Assembly (NCBI GenBank): GCA_049472335.1
Contig: JBLIRO010000024.1
Coordinates: 1 to 62,246 of the forward strand
Reading direction: 5' to 3'
Length of the DNA stretch: 62,246 nt
Origin: a bacterium
GTDB lineage: Bacteria; SZUA-182; DTGQ01; JAFGSM01
The translations under genes were made by a program, and so were the position numbers. Under the pieces are notes generated by a model. That model saw only the letters and a list, made by a program, of their open reading frames with translations. It ran no database searches and was not told the origin of the DNA. The first letter of the stretch is position 1, and each line of letters begins with the position of its first letter. Positions 1 through 10,239 of the stretch are shown piece by piece.

Positions 1-1150
1 ATTCATTGCAGGCAAGATATCCGTCCGAATCAGCATCCACCTCATCGGCAGGAACTGTTCCGTCACAGTCATTGTCCAATCCGTCACAGATCTCAGCGGT
101 CCCGGGATTTATGTTAGAATCCGCATCATTACAATCACTCGCATCAGGGACATACCCGGCAGGCTGAGAACAGTTATTCTGGCTATTGTTTGGATCCCCG
201 TAACCATCATTGTCCGCATCACGATAATAGTCCTCATAGCTAAGTATACCGGGATCATCCACTATCCCGTTACAATCATTGTCTATGCCGTCACAAACCT
301 CCGGATTACCCGGGTACATTTCTGAATTGCTATCATCACAATCCCTACAGGCCATAAAACCGTCTCCGTCCGCATCGGTTGTCTCTGCCGGAGGCACTGT
401 TCCGTCACAGTTATTATCTTTGCCATCACAAATCTCCGATGCTCCTGAATACGTATTCGGATCGGTATCATCACAGTCTCCGTTATTTAATATATAACCA
501 GGAGGCTGTATCTCTGCCTGAATAAAATCGTTTGGATCACCATGACCGTCGTTATCCGCATCCCGATAATAGGTAACTAACGGCTCAAACACAATGGAGT
601 ATGAAAAGAGTGCATAATCTTCCTCAGGAATATAATTAACCGATGGATTTAATATGTCTGCTAGCTTGGTCTGGTAGAGACTGCCTGTTCTCATATCCAT
701 AATAAGAGGTCCATTGGGATCACCCAATCGAAGGTCAAATACTTTTGCAGGACCTATCTGATTCGGGTCCCATATTAACTGGGGGAAAAAACCGGGCAGA
801 CTTATATCTGCACACCCTCCTGATTTTTCCCCTGCTACCGTAAGCTCCAATTTCCATGTTTCTTGAGAAGATCCCGGTGTCCTTAAGTCTATTTTATAAT
901 CTTCATTGTCTCCCTTAATCTTTAATTCTACCGCAAAATTAGGTGGTGGATCCGGTGAATATGGAACTGTCAGTCCATTAGGATCGATCCCTATTCTGAT
1001 AGTGCTTACACCACAACTCTGACCTTTGGCTATTATCTCTGCTATAAATATAAAGTTTGACAATTGAGCATTTTGTGGCTTGGCGCTAGTGGGCAAAAAA
1101 AAGGAAACTACTAAAAGTGATAGTGCAATAACAAAAATATTCTTTCTCAT
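1..1150 (-). CDS. Secreted MopE-like (putative metal-binding motif) repeat protein, runs off the window edge; paralogue of 39971-43165
   Basis: Not in the ORF track (no stop in window). GAAAGGAG RBS, ATG at 1150, signal peptide MRKNIFVIALSLLVVSFF, a domain containing ADISLPGFFPQLIWDPN, then DCDDxDP..EICDGxDNxCDG repeats. Confidence 0.88.
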   Translation of the reverse strand, partial: MRKNIFVIALSLLVVSFFLPTSAKPQNAQLSNFIFIAEIIAKGQSCGVSTIRIGIDPNGLTVPYSPDPPPNFAVELKIKGDNEDYKIDLRTPGSSQETWKLELTVAGEKSGGCADISLPGFFPQLIWDPNQIGPAKVFDLRLGDPNGPLIMDMRTGSLYQTKLADILNPSVNYIPEEDYALFSYSIVFEPLVTYYRDADNDGHGDPNDFIQAEIQPPGYILNNGDCDDTDPNTYSGASEICDGKDNNCDGTVPPAETTDADGDGFMACRDCDDSNSEMYPGNPEVCDGIDNDCNGIVDDPGILSYEDYYRDADNDGYGDPNNSQNNCSQPAGYVPDASDCNDADSNINPGTAEICDGLDNDCDGTVPADEVDADSDGYLACNE

Positions 1151-1710
1151 GTAATACTCCTTTCTTTATGAAATATGAGATATATCAATTCCATATATAT
1201 ACATCCCACCCCCTTTCCGATAATGATTATAGATGAATAAAAAAAGATCAAAACACAAATGTTTCATAGATCAGCTCATTTTAATTCTCAATTTATATAA
1301 CCTTTTGACTCTCTTTAAATTAAAAATAAACAAAGTAGATTTAAAACAAGAAAAAAGGAAAAAGTGACCAACATTTCAAAATGTTTTGTGCTAGGATTTT
1401 CTTAATAATTCAAGATAAAATTTATAAAACAAAATTCCAATAAAGTGAACTTAAAAGCCCAACTCGGGAAAAGAAGTCAGAATTCACTATTAAATTTTGT
1501 TCAGGCTACTGGCTCATGACTGGTGGCTCCTTAAGTGCCCAAACGTGAATAAAATTTAAATTATAAGAAATGTAAGGGCCTACGAGACATTATTTTCTAG
1601 GACAATAATTAAAACATTCTTATTTTAAATTTAGGAAATCAGATATATAGAGATTTTGACGAAAAAGGGAAACAGGGAGTTATTGTCCTTAATATTTAAA
1701 AATCTAAAAC

Positions 1711-1844
1711 TTAACAAACTCGTAAAAAGATCACTGAAAATTATCATTGGCATTTTAGCTGAAGATCCTTATCGCCCTCAAACAAGCTTTAAGACCTTCA
1801 AAAAACCTCAGACTCTGAAATGATTCTTTTGCGAAATCCATCAA
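1711..1844. mobile_element. Degenerate MITE/REP-like element, copy A
   Basis: Ends TCGTAAAAAG ... CTTTTGCGAAATCCATC; interior aligns by eye with 47238-47370 (tcattgg, ccttat, caag, ccttcaaaaaa). Confidence 0.6.
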
Positions 1845-1872
1845 AAAATTCAGTTTTTCAATATCTGCTTTT

Positions 1873-1901
1873 ATTATATTAAAATCCCCTTAATTTGTCA
1901 A
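1873..1901 (-). promoter_or_regulatory. Consensus sigma70 promoter
   Basis: TTGACA-N17-TATAAT exactly on the minus strand, pointing toward the gene starting at 1150. Confidence 0.55.
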
Positions 1902-2013
1902 TTAAAACCAGCAATTCTCCAGTAATATGGAACTCTTCCTGGATGTGAAACCATGGTGGCGTTATTAATATCATTTAAATAGTTGACATACTGATATCAT
2001 ATTGATGAATGCA

Positions 2014-2052
2014 GAAGGGGAGCATTTCCGCTGAAGTGCTCTCCCTTTTTTA
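2014..2052 (+). terminator. Intrinsic terminator-like hairpin
   Basis: AAGGGGAGCATTTC..GAAGTGCTCTCCCTT stem followed by a T run; no annotated gene directly upstream. Confidence 0.45.
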
Positions 2053-2217
2053 TAATGTACTTTTTACATATTTCATTATATTATAAAAATATTACAATTT
2101 CTATATTGGCCATATTGACCGAATAGAGAATTATTGATATATTTAAATACAAGAAAAACAGCCTATAATCAAGAAAAAAGCCCATAATTATCGACAATCA
2201 ATGAAAGGTCTGAGGGG

Positions 2218-5200
2218 ATGAAAACAGACAAAGACATAGACAGGCTAATCCTGCTCCTCTTCTTTTTATCAGGTTTTTGCGGGATGATATATACATTCGC
2301 TTGTATACAGGGATTAAGAATTTTTCTGGGTCCTCCCATTTTATCAATTATCAGCGTAGCTACAATCTTTTTGGGCGGGCTGGCACTGGGAAGTTTTTTT
2401 GCCGGACGTTTTATCTATTCCAGGACTGATACTCTCAGGATATATGGATTACTGGAAGGTGTCATAGGTATCTATGCCCTTATGCTACCATGGTTGATCC
2501 ATTGGGCCACTCTTATTTATAAGGTCATTTATCAGAACATCCGGCTACCTTTCCATATCTCCTTTGCCCTCAGATTTCTTTTATGTTCTTTAATCCTCCT
2601 GATTCCATCCATCGTTATTGGAGCAGTCTGGCCTGTAATAAGCAAACTACTCATCCATAAGACAGAGAATCCAGGCCGGGCTACAGGAAAGATTTTCGGC
2701 ATTAACTTGCTGGGTGGGGCTGTCGGGGCACTAACAGCGGGTTCATTCTTCCTTCCTAATTTTGGGGTAAACAGCACCATATATTTTGCCGCCTGTATTG
2801 ATTTAATCATATGTGTCTGTGCCGTTTTGCTATACAAAAATATCCAAAAATGGGAGATGATACCGCCGGGAGTATCAATATCACAAAATGAAAAAACGGT
2901 AATAATCAAAAAAAAGGTAGGTTATGGAAGGGGGCATTGGATAATTCTTGTCGGATACGGTCTTTCCGGCCTCGCTGCTACTATGTACCTGACCATTTGG
3001 CTTAGGGTCCTGACTGTCTTTCTGGGCTCGTCCTTTTTCTCCCTGTCACTCATTTTATCCACCTTTTTGTCTGGTCTGGCCCTGGGCGGCTTATACCTGG
3101 CAAGATTCGTAGATACAAGGAAAGACCTTTCCATATTTTTAGGATCAATCGAGATGATAATCGGTCTTTTATCCTTGGGAATCATCCCCATCCTTGAGAT
3201 GTATCCCCTTTTTATCACTACCATCACAGAGAAGGCTGCCAATTCCTTCCTGTTACTTCAAGCAACCGGATTTTTATTACTCCTTTTTATCATGCTGATA
3301 CCCGCACTTCTCTTGGGCCTTTCCTTTCCTCTCGCATGCCGTCTGCTTTACGATAAAATCGATACAGCAGGGAGATTAATCTCCGCGGTTTTTTCCATAA
3401 ATGCCCTTGGTTGTATGATCGGGACATTGTCGGGAGGCATTCTTCTTACGGTCTGGCCCGGAATAAGAAAGGGAAAATTTGTGCCTGTCTGGCTCCTTGT
3501 CTTCACAGGATGTATGTTTTTATCATTGAGCAGCTCCCTCTCCAGAAAAATAAAAACAACCATGTTTATACTTTTGGCAGGATTTTTTATTGTATTTTCC
3601 AAATTCATTCCCTTATGGGAGATGCCCTTTTTCAGGGATGATCCTTACCGGTTTGCCTATCATTTCGATGGTTATCAACGGAAAGAGGGTTCAACTCATA
3701 TAGATGGATCATCTAAGGATATATTAAAAAAGAAGAAGCAGGAGATCCTTTTTTATAAGGAAGGGATAATCAATATTGTCTCTGTGATAAAGAATAAAGA
3801 AGACATTGTAATGCGGGTGAATGGCGCAATGGAATGCTCAACCAAAAGGGACCTTGCATCCAGGGTGTTGACCGGGCATATTCCATTATTGTTACATAAT
3901 AATCCGCAGGATATACTCCTTATAGGTCATGGGTGTGGTATTACGCTCGGTTCCATAATGCAATATCCCGTCCGGGAAATGGAATGTGTTGAGATTTCGG
4001 AAGGGATTATGAAAGGATCAAAATATTTCGACAATTTTAACAAAGATGCCTCAAAAGATTCCAGGTTAAAGATTATAATTGAAGATGCCAGGCATTACCT
4101 CACATTCACGGACAAAAAATATGATGTGATCATCTCCCAGTCTTTTAATAACTGGTCTGAGGCTAAAGCTGACCTTCCAACAATGGAGTTCTTAATACTA
4201 TGCAGGGAAAGGCTTAAATCCTGGGGAGTCGCTGCCATGAGCCTTCCGGTCCGGGATATGAACGCAGACACCTTTAAATCGATCCTTTTTACATGGCAGT
4301 ATATTTTCCCTTTCATGAATCTCTGGGAGACAAACATGGGCGAGGATTATCTTTTGATAGGTTCAAATCAGAGGTTAAGATGGGATTACACCCATATCGT
4401 TGAACAGACGCATAAAGCGGAAATCGCATCGGATCTTTCCAGGATAAATATCAAAGACCCTCCCCTCGAGATCCTAACCTTCTTTTTCCTGAACAAACAG
4501 GGTTTGCCTCACACATGCCTTACATGGGGGGCCTTTTCAAACGATGATGAATTGAAGGCATTCTTTACCCCAAGGCTTACATATAGAGAAAAAACTGATT
4601 ACCCCCTGAAAGACTTACTGCAAAACAGGGGGAAAGGGCTTTCCGGTCTTCTGACAAATATTGATGGGCTTGATTATTCAGAAATAAAGATATTTAAGGA
4701 GAAGATTGATAAGGCAATCGAAGCCAGAAGATTGATTATGAACGCATATATCTATTTAATCAAAAATGAATCCAGGAACAAGGTCCTGGAGGGACTAAAA
4801 AAGGCCCTTCAAATAAATCCGGATGACAGCAAGGCCATAGAATTATATACTGATACACTCTTTGCCACTGCCGCGGATTACACCAATCAAAAACGTTTTG
4901 ATCTGGCCCTCTGGACACTTTTAGAATTATTGAGAATAATGCCTGACAATTTAGAGGCACATTATTTTCTTGGCAAAACATACTATGATATGGGTCTTAT
5001 CGATCAGGCCATAAGAGAATATGAAAAAGTGATAGAGTCCAGGCCCGAAGATGAAGAGGTCAATTGTCAATTGGGGATAGCTTATTTAAACAATGGCTGG
5101 ATTGACCTATCCATGAGTCTTTTCAACCGTGCCATAAGAATCAACCCCGATTACGCTGATCCTCATCTCTACCTGGGGGCCGCATATTTTAAAAAGGATA

Positions 5201-5511
5201 TGATAGATAATGCCATTGAAGAATATAAAAACGCGATCACTTTAAGCGCAGCCAATGCCGACGCCCACTATAACCTGGGCATTGCTTACTTGAAAATAGG
5301 CATGATTGACGAAGCTGTCTCAGAGTGGCAGGAGGTCGTCAGGATCAGACCGGATGATATCAATAGCAGGTATAACCTTGCAATGGCATATTATAATCAT
5401 GGGGATATTGATCAATCCATCACCCAATTAGAGGAGGCCATAAAGTATAAACCTGATTTCTCTCAGGCCAGATCTCTCCTTGAAATCCTCTATCATATGA
5501 GTGAGGAATGA
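2218..5511 (+). CDS. Fused MFS-like membrane domain / spermidine synthase-like methyltransferase with C-terminal TPR repeats
   Basis: Many TM helices starting LFFLSGFCGMIY; SAM-binding LLIGHGCGIT, VEIS, EDARHYL, YDVIISQ; C-terminal AHYNLG-type TPRs. Confidence 0.88.
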   Translation: MKTDKDIDRLILLLFFLSGFCGMIYTFACIQGLRIFLGPPILSIISVATIFLGGLALGSFFAGRFIYSRTDTLRIYGLLEGVIGIYALMLPWLIHWATLIYKVIYQNIRLPFHISFALRFLLCSLILLIPSIVIGAVWPVISKLLIHKTENPGRATGKIFGINLLGGAVGALTAGSFFLPNFGVNSTIYFAACIDLIICVCAVLLYKNIQKWEMIPPGVSISQNEKTVIIKKKVGYGRGHWIILVGYGLSGLAATMYLTIWLRVLTVFLGSSFFSLSLILSTFLSGLALGGLYLARFVDTRKDLSIFLGSIEMIIGLLSLGIIPILEMYPLFITTITEKAANSFLLLQATGFLLLLFIMLIPALLLGLSFPLACRLLYDKIDTAGRLISAVFSINALGCMIGTLSGGILLTVWPGIRKGKFVPVWLLVFTGCMFLSLSSSLSRKIKTTMFILLAGFFIVFSKFIPLWEMPFFRDDPYRFAYHFDGYQRKEGSTHIDGSSKDILKKKKQEILFYKEGIINIVSVIKNKEDIVMRVNGAMECSTKRDLASRVLTGHIPLLLHNNPQDILLIGHGCGITLGSIMQYPVREMECVEISEGIMKGSKYFDNFNKDASKDSRLKIIIEDARHYLTFTDKKYDVIISQSFNNWSEAKADLPTMEFLILCRERLKSWGVAAMSLPVRDMNADTFKSILFTWQYIFPFMNLWETNMGEDYLLIGSNQRLRWDYTHIVEQTHKAEIASDLSRINIKDPPLEILTFFFLNKQGLPHTCLTWGAFSNDDELKAFFTPRLTYREKTDYPLKDLLQNRGKGLSGLLTNIDGLDYSEIKIFKEKIDKAIEARRLIMNAYIYLIKNESRNKVLEGLKKALQINPDDSKAIELYTDTLFATAADYTNQKRFDLALWTLLELLRIMPDNLEAHYFLGKTYYDMGLIDQAIREYEKVIESRPEDEEVNCQLGIAYLNNGWIDLSMSLFNRAIRINPDYADPHLYLGAAYFKKDMIDNAIEEYKNAITLSAANADAHYNLGIAYLKIGMIDEAVSEWQEVVRIRPDDINSRYNLAMAYYNHGDIDQSITQLEEAIKYKPDFSQARSLLEILYHMSEE

Positions 5512-6899
5512 AAAGAAGGATCATTATAATCACCGCTCTCCTTTTTGTTGTCCTTTTAGCTTCATTATATTTATACTTCAATCATAAAACACGGCCCAAT
5601 ATCGTCATTATCCTGATAGACGCCCTCAGGAAGGATCATCTTGGCTGCTACGGATATCATAGAGAGACCTCGCCGAATATTGATGCCTTTGCCGGAAATG
5701 CTGTTAAATTCATGGACACTGTCAGCACATGTTCATGGACATCCCCATCCATTGCATCTCTTTTTACCTGTCTATATGTATCCTCACACGGGCTTAAAAC
5801 TCATTCACAAAAAAGCACAGACATACTGGACCTTAAATTTGAGACCCTTGCTGAAGCGCTCAAAAAAAACGGATATACTACCTCAGCCTTTATAGCCAAC
5901 AGATGGATCAGGGAAGAGTTCAACTATAATCAGGGATTTGACAGCTTTGAGCAGGTGGGCGGTGATATCCCCAGGCCCAGTGGGGCCCTGGTCAGGGAAA
6001 AGGTTACTAAATGGCTTCAAGATAAGCCCAAAGGGCCCTTTTTTCTTTATATTCACTTTATGGATGTCCACGGTCCCTATCTTCCTCCCTACCCTTACAA
6101 TACCTTCTTTAAATCAGAAAAAACGAGGGATCTGTCTCCCCAGGAATACATGAAACTAAGGTATTTAAAGATAGAAGGCCAGATGGACCTGAATTTTTAT
6201 ATCAGCCAATACGATGGGGGGATCCGGTATTGCGATTATCATGTCGGCAAGATTATTCAATATCTCAAGGAAAACGGCCTCTTTGATGATACCATTATAA
6301 TTATTACTTCCGACCATGGTGAGGCCTTTTTTGAGCATGGCGAATGCGATCATGGCTTCACCCTCTACAATGAGGAGATCGAGGTCCCGCTTCTCATGAG
6401 GTTTCCCCATTCCATGGACTTAGAAATCAATACCCATATTAAACCTCTACTGATAGATATAGGGGTGACGCTCCTGGATATTATAGGGGCACAATTCCCT
6501 TATGAGGTGGATGGCCTGAGTCTTGTCTCTCAAGGTAAAAAAAGGAACAGAGAGCAAAAAAGGCAAAGGATTTATTCCGAGGAATATATGAAAGGGGTTC
6601 CCAAGATAGCCGTCATTGAAGATGATATGAAATATATCTATCATATTCCTCAGGAGAAGATAGTAGAGGTCTATAATCTTAGGGAAGATAAAGGGGAAAA
6701 AGAAAATCTTTTAATGAACGAAAAGATTGCTGCTTCAAATGAGCAAAGGGAAGAGGATATCGGAACCTGGCTTCATCTTAAAGAAACCCGGCGAGACAGT
6801 ATCTCAAAAAAGAGGGAGCAGACCGAGATAGATCCCTTAACTTTGGAACAGCTTAAATCCCTTGGCTATATTCAATATGAGGAGAATCAGGATAATTAG
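5508..6899 (+). CDS. Membrane-anchored sulfatase-like (alkaline phosphatase superfamily) protein
   Basis: PNIVIILIDALRKDHLG, SWTSPSIAS, HFMDVHGPY, TSDHGE, C-terminal LKSLGYI; ATGA overlap with the upstream gene. Confidence 0.9.
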   Translation: MKRRIIIITALLFVVLLASLYLYFNHKTRPNIVIILIDALRKDHLGCYGYHRETSPNIDAFAGNAVKFMDTVSTCSWTSPSIASLFTCLYVSSHGLKTHSQKSTDILDLKFETLAEALKKNGYTTSAFIANRWIREEFNYNQGFDSFEQVGGDIPRPSGALVREKVTKWLQDKPKGPFFLYIHFMDVHGPYLPPYPYNTFFKSEKTRDLSPQEYMKLRYLKIEGQMDLNFYISQYDGGIRYCDYHVGKIIQYLKENGLFDDTIIIITSDHGEAFFEHGECDHGFTLYNEEIEVPLLMRFPHSMDLEINTHIKPLLIDIGVTLLDIIGAQFPYEVDGLSLVSQGKKRNREQKRQRIYSEEYMKGVPKIAVIEDDMKYIYHIPQEKIVEVYNLREDKGEKENLLMNEKIAASNEQREEDIGTWLHLKETRRDSISKKREQTEIDPLTLEQLKSLGYIQYEENQDN

Positions 6900-6923
6900 C
6901 TGAAATATTTTTTTATATTATTT

Positions 6924-6964
6924 AGGGTGTGAAGCAATCCCGGTACGAGATTGCTTCACACCCT
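6924..6964. terminator. Hairpin between convergent genes
   Basis: AGGGTGTGAAGCAATC ... GATTGCTTCACACCCT, 16-bp stem. Confidence 0.7.
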
Positions 6965-7030
6965 CTTAGAAACTCCGGATATTAATAACTCCTAATATCC
7001 GGGAATTCAGGTTTCAACAAAAAACAAAAA

Positions 7031-8670
7031 TCATTTTGTCAGCATCGAATTCCACCAGGGACCGTTCTTGATATTCTGATACCATGCAGGACCACCCAGG
7101 TTGTTCTGAAACCATGATGGGCCGACTGAGGTTATCCCCAGAGAAGACTGCCACCACCAGGGACCCGCCGGTGTCATTTTAAACCAGTCCAAACCGTTTT
7201 GATACCACAGGGGGCCTCCTGAATTGGTCCATGGCGATAACTGGCTCAATTGTGGAATAGTGTTTGACTGCCATCCCCGATTTGTTAAAAATGTCATTCC
7301 TGTATTTGAGATACCCGATCCAGTTGCAAGCCATTGATTTGTCGTGCGGGGAGGAATCAGGTAGGAGCTGTATAATTGCCCATAATTACCAGTTAAAATT
7401 GCCATACTGGCTATTGAAAGCCCCTTTGGTTCTTTGGGCGGTTTCGGCTCCTTGGTCTCCCATGTGATGTCCTCCAGGCCATTGTTAATGTGACTCAAAT
7501 CATCAGCCAGGCTTAACATGGCTTGTCTATCGCAACTCATGATCGCGGCATTCACAAGGTCCGCAATATAGGTGGAATAGTAAGGGAAATTTAGTGCGCC
7601 ATCGTGACCATAGATATCTCCATTCCTTGTTTCATGGTAAGATGCATTCAATAATGAAGCGACTGCGTCGCGTAACAGGATATTTGCCGCACCTGATGTT
7701 CCATTTCCTCCCTGAAAGCTCAGGGCTTCTAACAAAGTCACATCAAAAAGGGCGTTAACGGCAGGGTCACAGGAAAGGAAATTGAACACATCCCCAAGCA
7801 TCTGGTCTGTGTCAAAACCTGTATATTGCCATGCATTATGCCCGCTGGGATTGCCCGGATAGTGGTTTTTCCAAAAACCAAGTGTAAATGCGTTGTATAT
7901 ATCCGCCTCAGACTGATTGGTGATGATACTCCCAGCAGGGACATAGACATGATCCCCGATTTCCACCCCTATAATTGTACATCCGGGCTCGACCACGCTG
8001 TGAGAGCCCACCTTTGCGTTAAATATAAGGGATTGCATCCCTATGAATGTATGATCCCCTATGAAGCCAGGACCGTGTACTTGTGACTGATGGGCCAGGG
8101 AAACATTCTTCCCTATGAGTATAGCGAAGCCGTTAGGATCATCCGGCTCTACCCATGCACCTTCGGCATTGAACCTGCGCTTTTCCAGATACTCAGCCTC
8201 TTCTTCGGTTTCAAGTGCATGCAGGACTACGCCATCCTGGATGTTAGCCCCCTCGCATACATATATGGGTTGCCCTTCATCTCCCCTGACCGATGCAGAG
8301 GGAGCCACCATAATTTGACCCTTCAGGATAACATTACCTATAACACAGGCAAACGGATGAACAAAGGTTGTTGAGTCTATTTCCGGAGATACCACTTCCC
8401 TGCTGAAATCGGTTTCGACATTGCTGGAAATGTTTAAACGATCCGGGGGTCAAGATACAGGATTTCCGGCGCCGCTGCCAGATATCCTGCGGCCAGAGCC
8501 TTGTTAACATGGACCACGGCTTCATTGGTATGTTCGTATGTATATCCTCCGTAAATCCCGGGCAAAGAATCCGCAAACCTGGGAATTCCGGCAATGGTAT
8601 TTTGTGCCAATAGGGTTACAACTATTAAGATACTAAAAATAATAACCTGACATCCGATCCTTTTACTCAT
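7031..8670 (-). CDS. Secreted Cam-type gamma-carbonic anhydrase fusion, circularly permuted, split by a single-base frameshift at 8445-8449; followed by a TxGFWKNH domain and a Trp-rich tail
   Basis: 8434-8670 gives a signal peptide plus the Cam C-terminal helix YEHTNEAVVHVNKALAAGY; 7031-8395 gives the left-handed beta-helix with RGDE, IQDG, LHALE, AHQSQVHG. Adding one C to the C5 run joins the two frames. Confidence 0.75.
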
Positions 8671-9133
8671 GGTTACTCCTTGTAACAGTAATAATTTTAG
8701 ACATTCTCAAGATCAATTGGAACCTTAAGAAAAATACCAAACCAGAACGCTTTCAAAAAAGAAAGATTTACAACCACCTCCTCGTTTAATAGAATCTCCC
8801 ATCCCAACCTTAAATTAATATCCAAAATCCTTTAATCTATTAATAAGCCTGTTAGGAAAATGAAAAATGGGCCTGTCAAAGAATAAAGGCAATTCTATCA
8901 ATGTTCAGCATTTTTTAAGGGAAAACAAACGGACCTGACGGTTAAATCGATATGTTAAACTATCATTAAATCCTACCATTAATGGCATAATTTAATTATG
9001 AAATAATTTGTAATAATATTTGAATCAATTTTATAATATATTATACATATTTTTAAGTTTGTCAATGCCTTTTTTTCTATTAAAAAAATAGATCAATTAT
9101 CCAAAAACAACTTTTATGATATAATTAATATAA

Positions 9134-9523
9134 ATGTCTGGACATTACCGATATCAGAATCGATACAGGTCTTTTTTATCTTTATTTTGTATATTATGCC
9201 TGATTTTATTATTGATGAGCTGTGCGGGGCCTGGAGCTTTCAAGGCAGGGCCTGTTCGTGAATCTTCAGGGATACGCTTTCGATTGTTGTATCCTGAAGT
9301 TCAATCCGTCAGCATTGCAGGGACATTCAATAATTGGAATCACACTATTCATCTTCTGTCCGAAGATCCGGCCGGCTATTGGTCAATATTGCTTTCTCTT
9401 CCCAAGGGAAGATATCAATACATGTTTATTATAGACCATCAGACCTGGATACCTGATCCTGAAGCGGAAATGATGATAGACGATGGTTTTGGACAAAAAA
9501 ATTCTCTTTTAGTGGTCGATTAA
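9134..9523 (+). CDS. CBM48/AMPK-beta-like glycogen-binding lipoprotein
   Basis: Lipobox LMSC; VSIAGTFNNW, GRYQYMFIID, WIPDP, DGFGQKNS. Confidence 0.85.
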   Translation: MSGHYRYQNRYRSFLSLFCILCLILLLMSCAGPGAFKAGPVRESSGIRFRLLYPEVQSVSIAGTFNNWNHTIHLLSEDPAGYWSILLSLPKGRYQYMFIIDHQTWIPDPEAEMMIDDGFGQKNSLLVVD

Positions 9524-9553
9524 TCATGTTATAACTAAAAATAAGGGAAAAAC

Positions 9554-9581
9554 TGTAACTTTTCTTTGTCTTATCTGTATA
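9554..9581 (+). promoter_or_regulatory. Putative ECF sigma promoter (autoregulatory)
   Basis: TGTAAC-N16-TGTATA upstream of the ECF gene; identical boxes and spacing at 12956-12983. Confidence 0.65.
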
Positions 9582-9639
9582 CTTAACAGAAAAGGAATAA
9601 ATTATTTTTGCAATAGATTACTTAAAATAGGAACCCCTG

Positions 9640-10239
9640 TTGAAGCGAATGGCCGAATCACACGACAATCTTCTTGTGCGGAAGACATTAAAGGGAGATA
9701 ATGAAGCGTTTAGATTGATTGTGGAACGTTATAAAAATGCATTATTCAACCTGGCGTATCGTCTGACTCAAAACAGGGAAAGCGCTGAAGACCTGGCGCA
9801 GGAGGCCTTTGTCCGGGCATATGAACATCTTGAAAGGTTTGATCAGCAAAGGAGCCTTTTCACTTGGCTTTATACCATCTGTACAAACCTGACCATTAAT
9901 GAATTAAAGAAAAAGGGGCATTATGCTGACAGGGAAAGAAACACATGGGAACAAAAGGGGGAAGACGAAAGGATTGCTTCAGATACATGGTCAGGCAGGG
10001 AATTCCCCGAAGGAGAACAAAAGGTCGATGCGGAAGAAAAAAAGGACCTTCTTAATGAGCTTCTGGGAAAGATTCCGGATGAATATAGGACAGCGGTTAT
10101 ACTTCGATATCAGGAAGAGCTGTCATATCAGGAAATTGCCGAAGTCTTGGGCGTTTCTCTTAGTCTTGCCAAGGTCCGTGTTCACAGAGGAATAGAAAAA
10201 CTGAGAACCATTTTTCAGGAAATGGAGAACCTAAAGTGA
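9640..10239 (+). CDS. ECF RNA polymerase sigma factor (start TTG 9640 or ATG 9649)
   Basis: AEDLAQEAFVRAY, FTWLYTI, LSYQEIAEVLG, KVRVHRG. Confidence 0.93.
   Translation: MKRMAESHDNLLVRKTLKGDNEAFRLIVERYKNALFNLAYRLTQNRESAEDLAQEAFVRAYEHLERFDQQRSLFTWLYTICTNLTINELKKKGHYADRERNTWEQKGEDERIASDTWSGREFPEGEQKVDAEEKKDLLNELLGKIPDEYRTAVILRYQEELSYQEIAEVLGVSLSLAKVRVHRGIEKLRTIFQEMENLK

Noticed and set aside
8450..8452. Second selenocysteine TGA upstream of the CA frame
   Set aside because: Does not align to a conserved Cys, and the homologous upstream sequence is in a different frame; a frameshift explains it better
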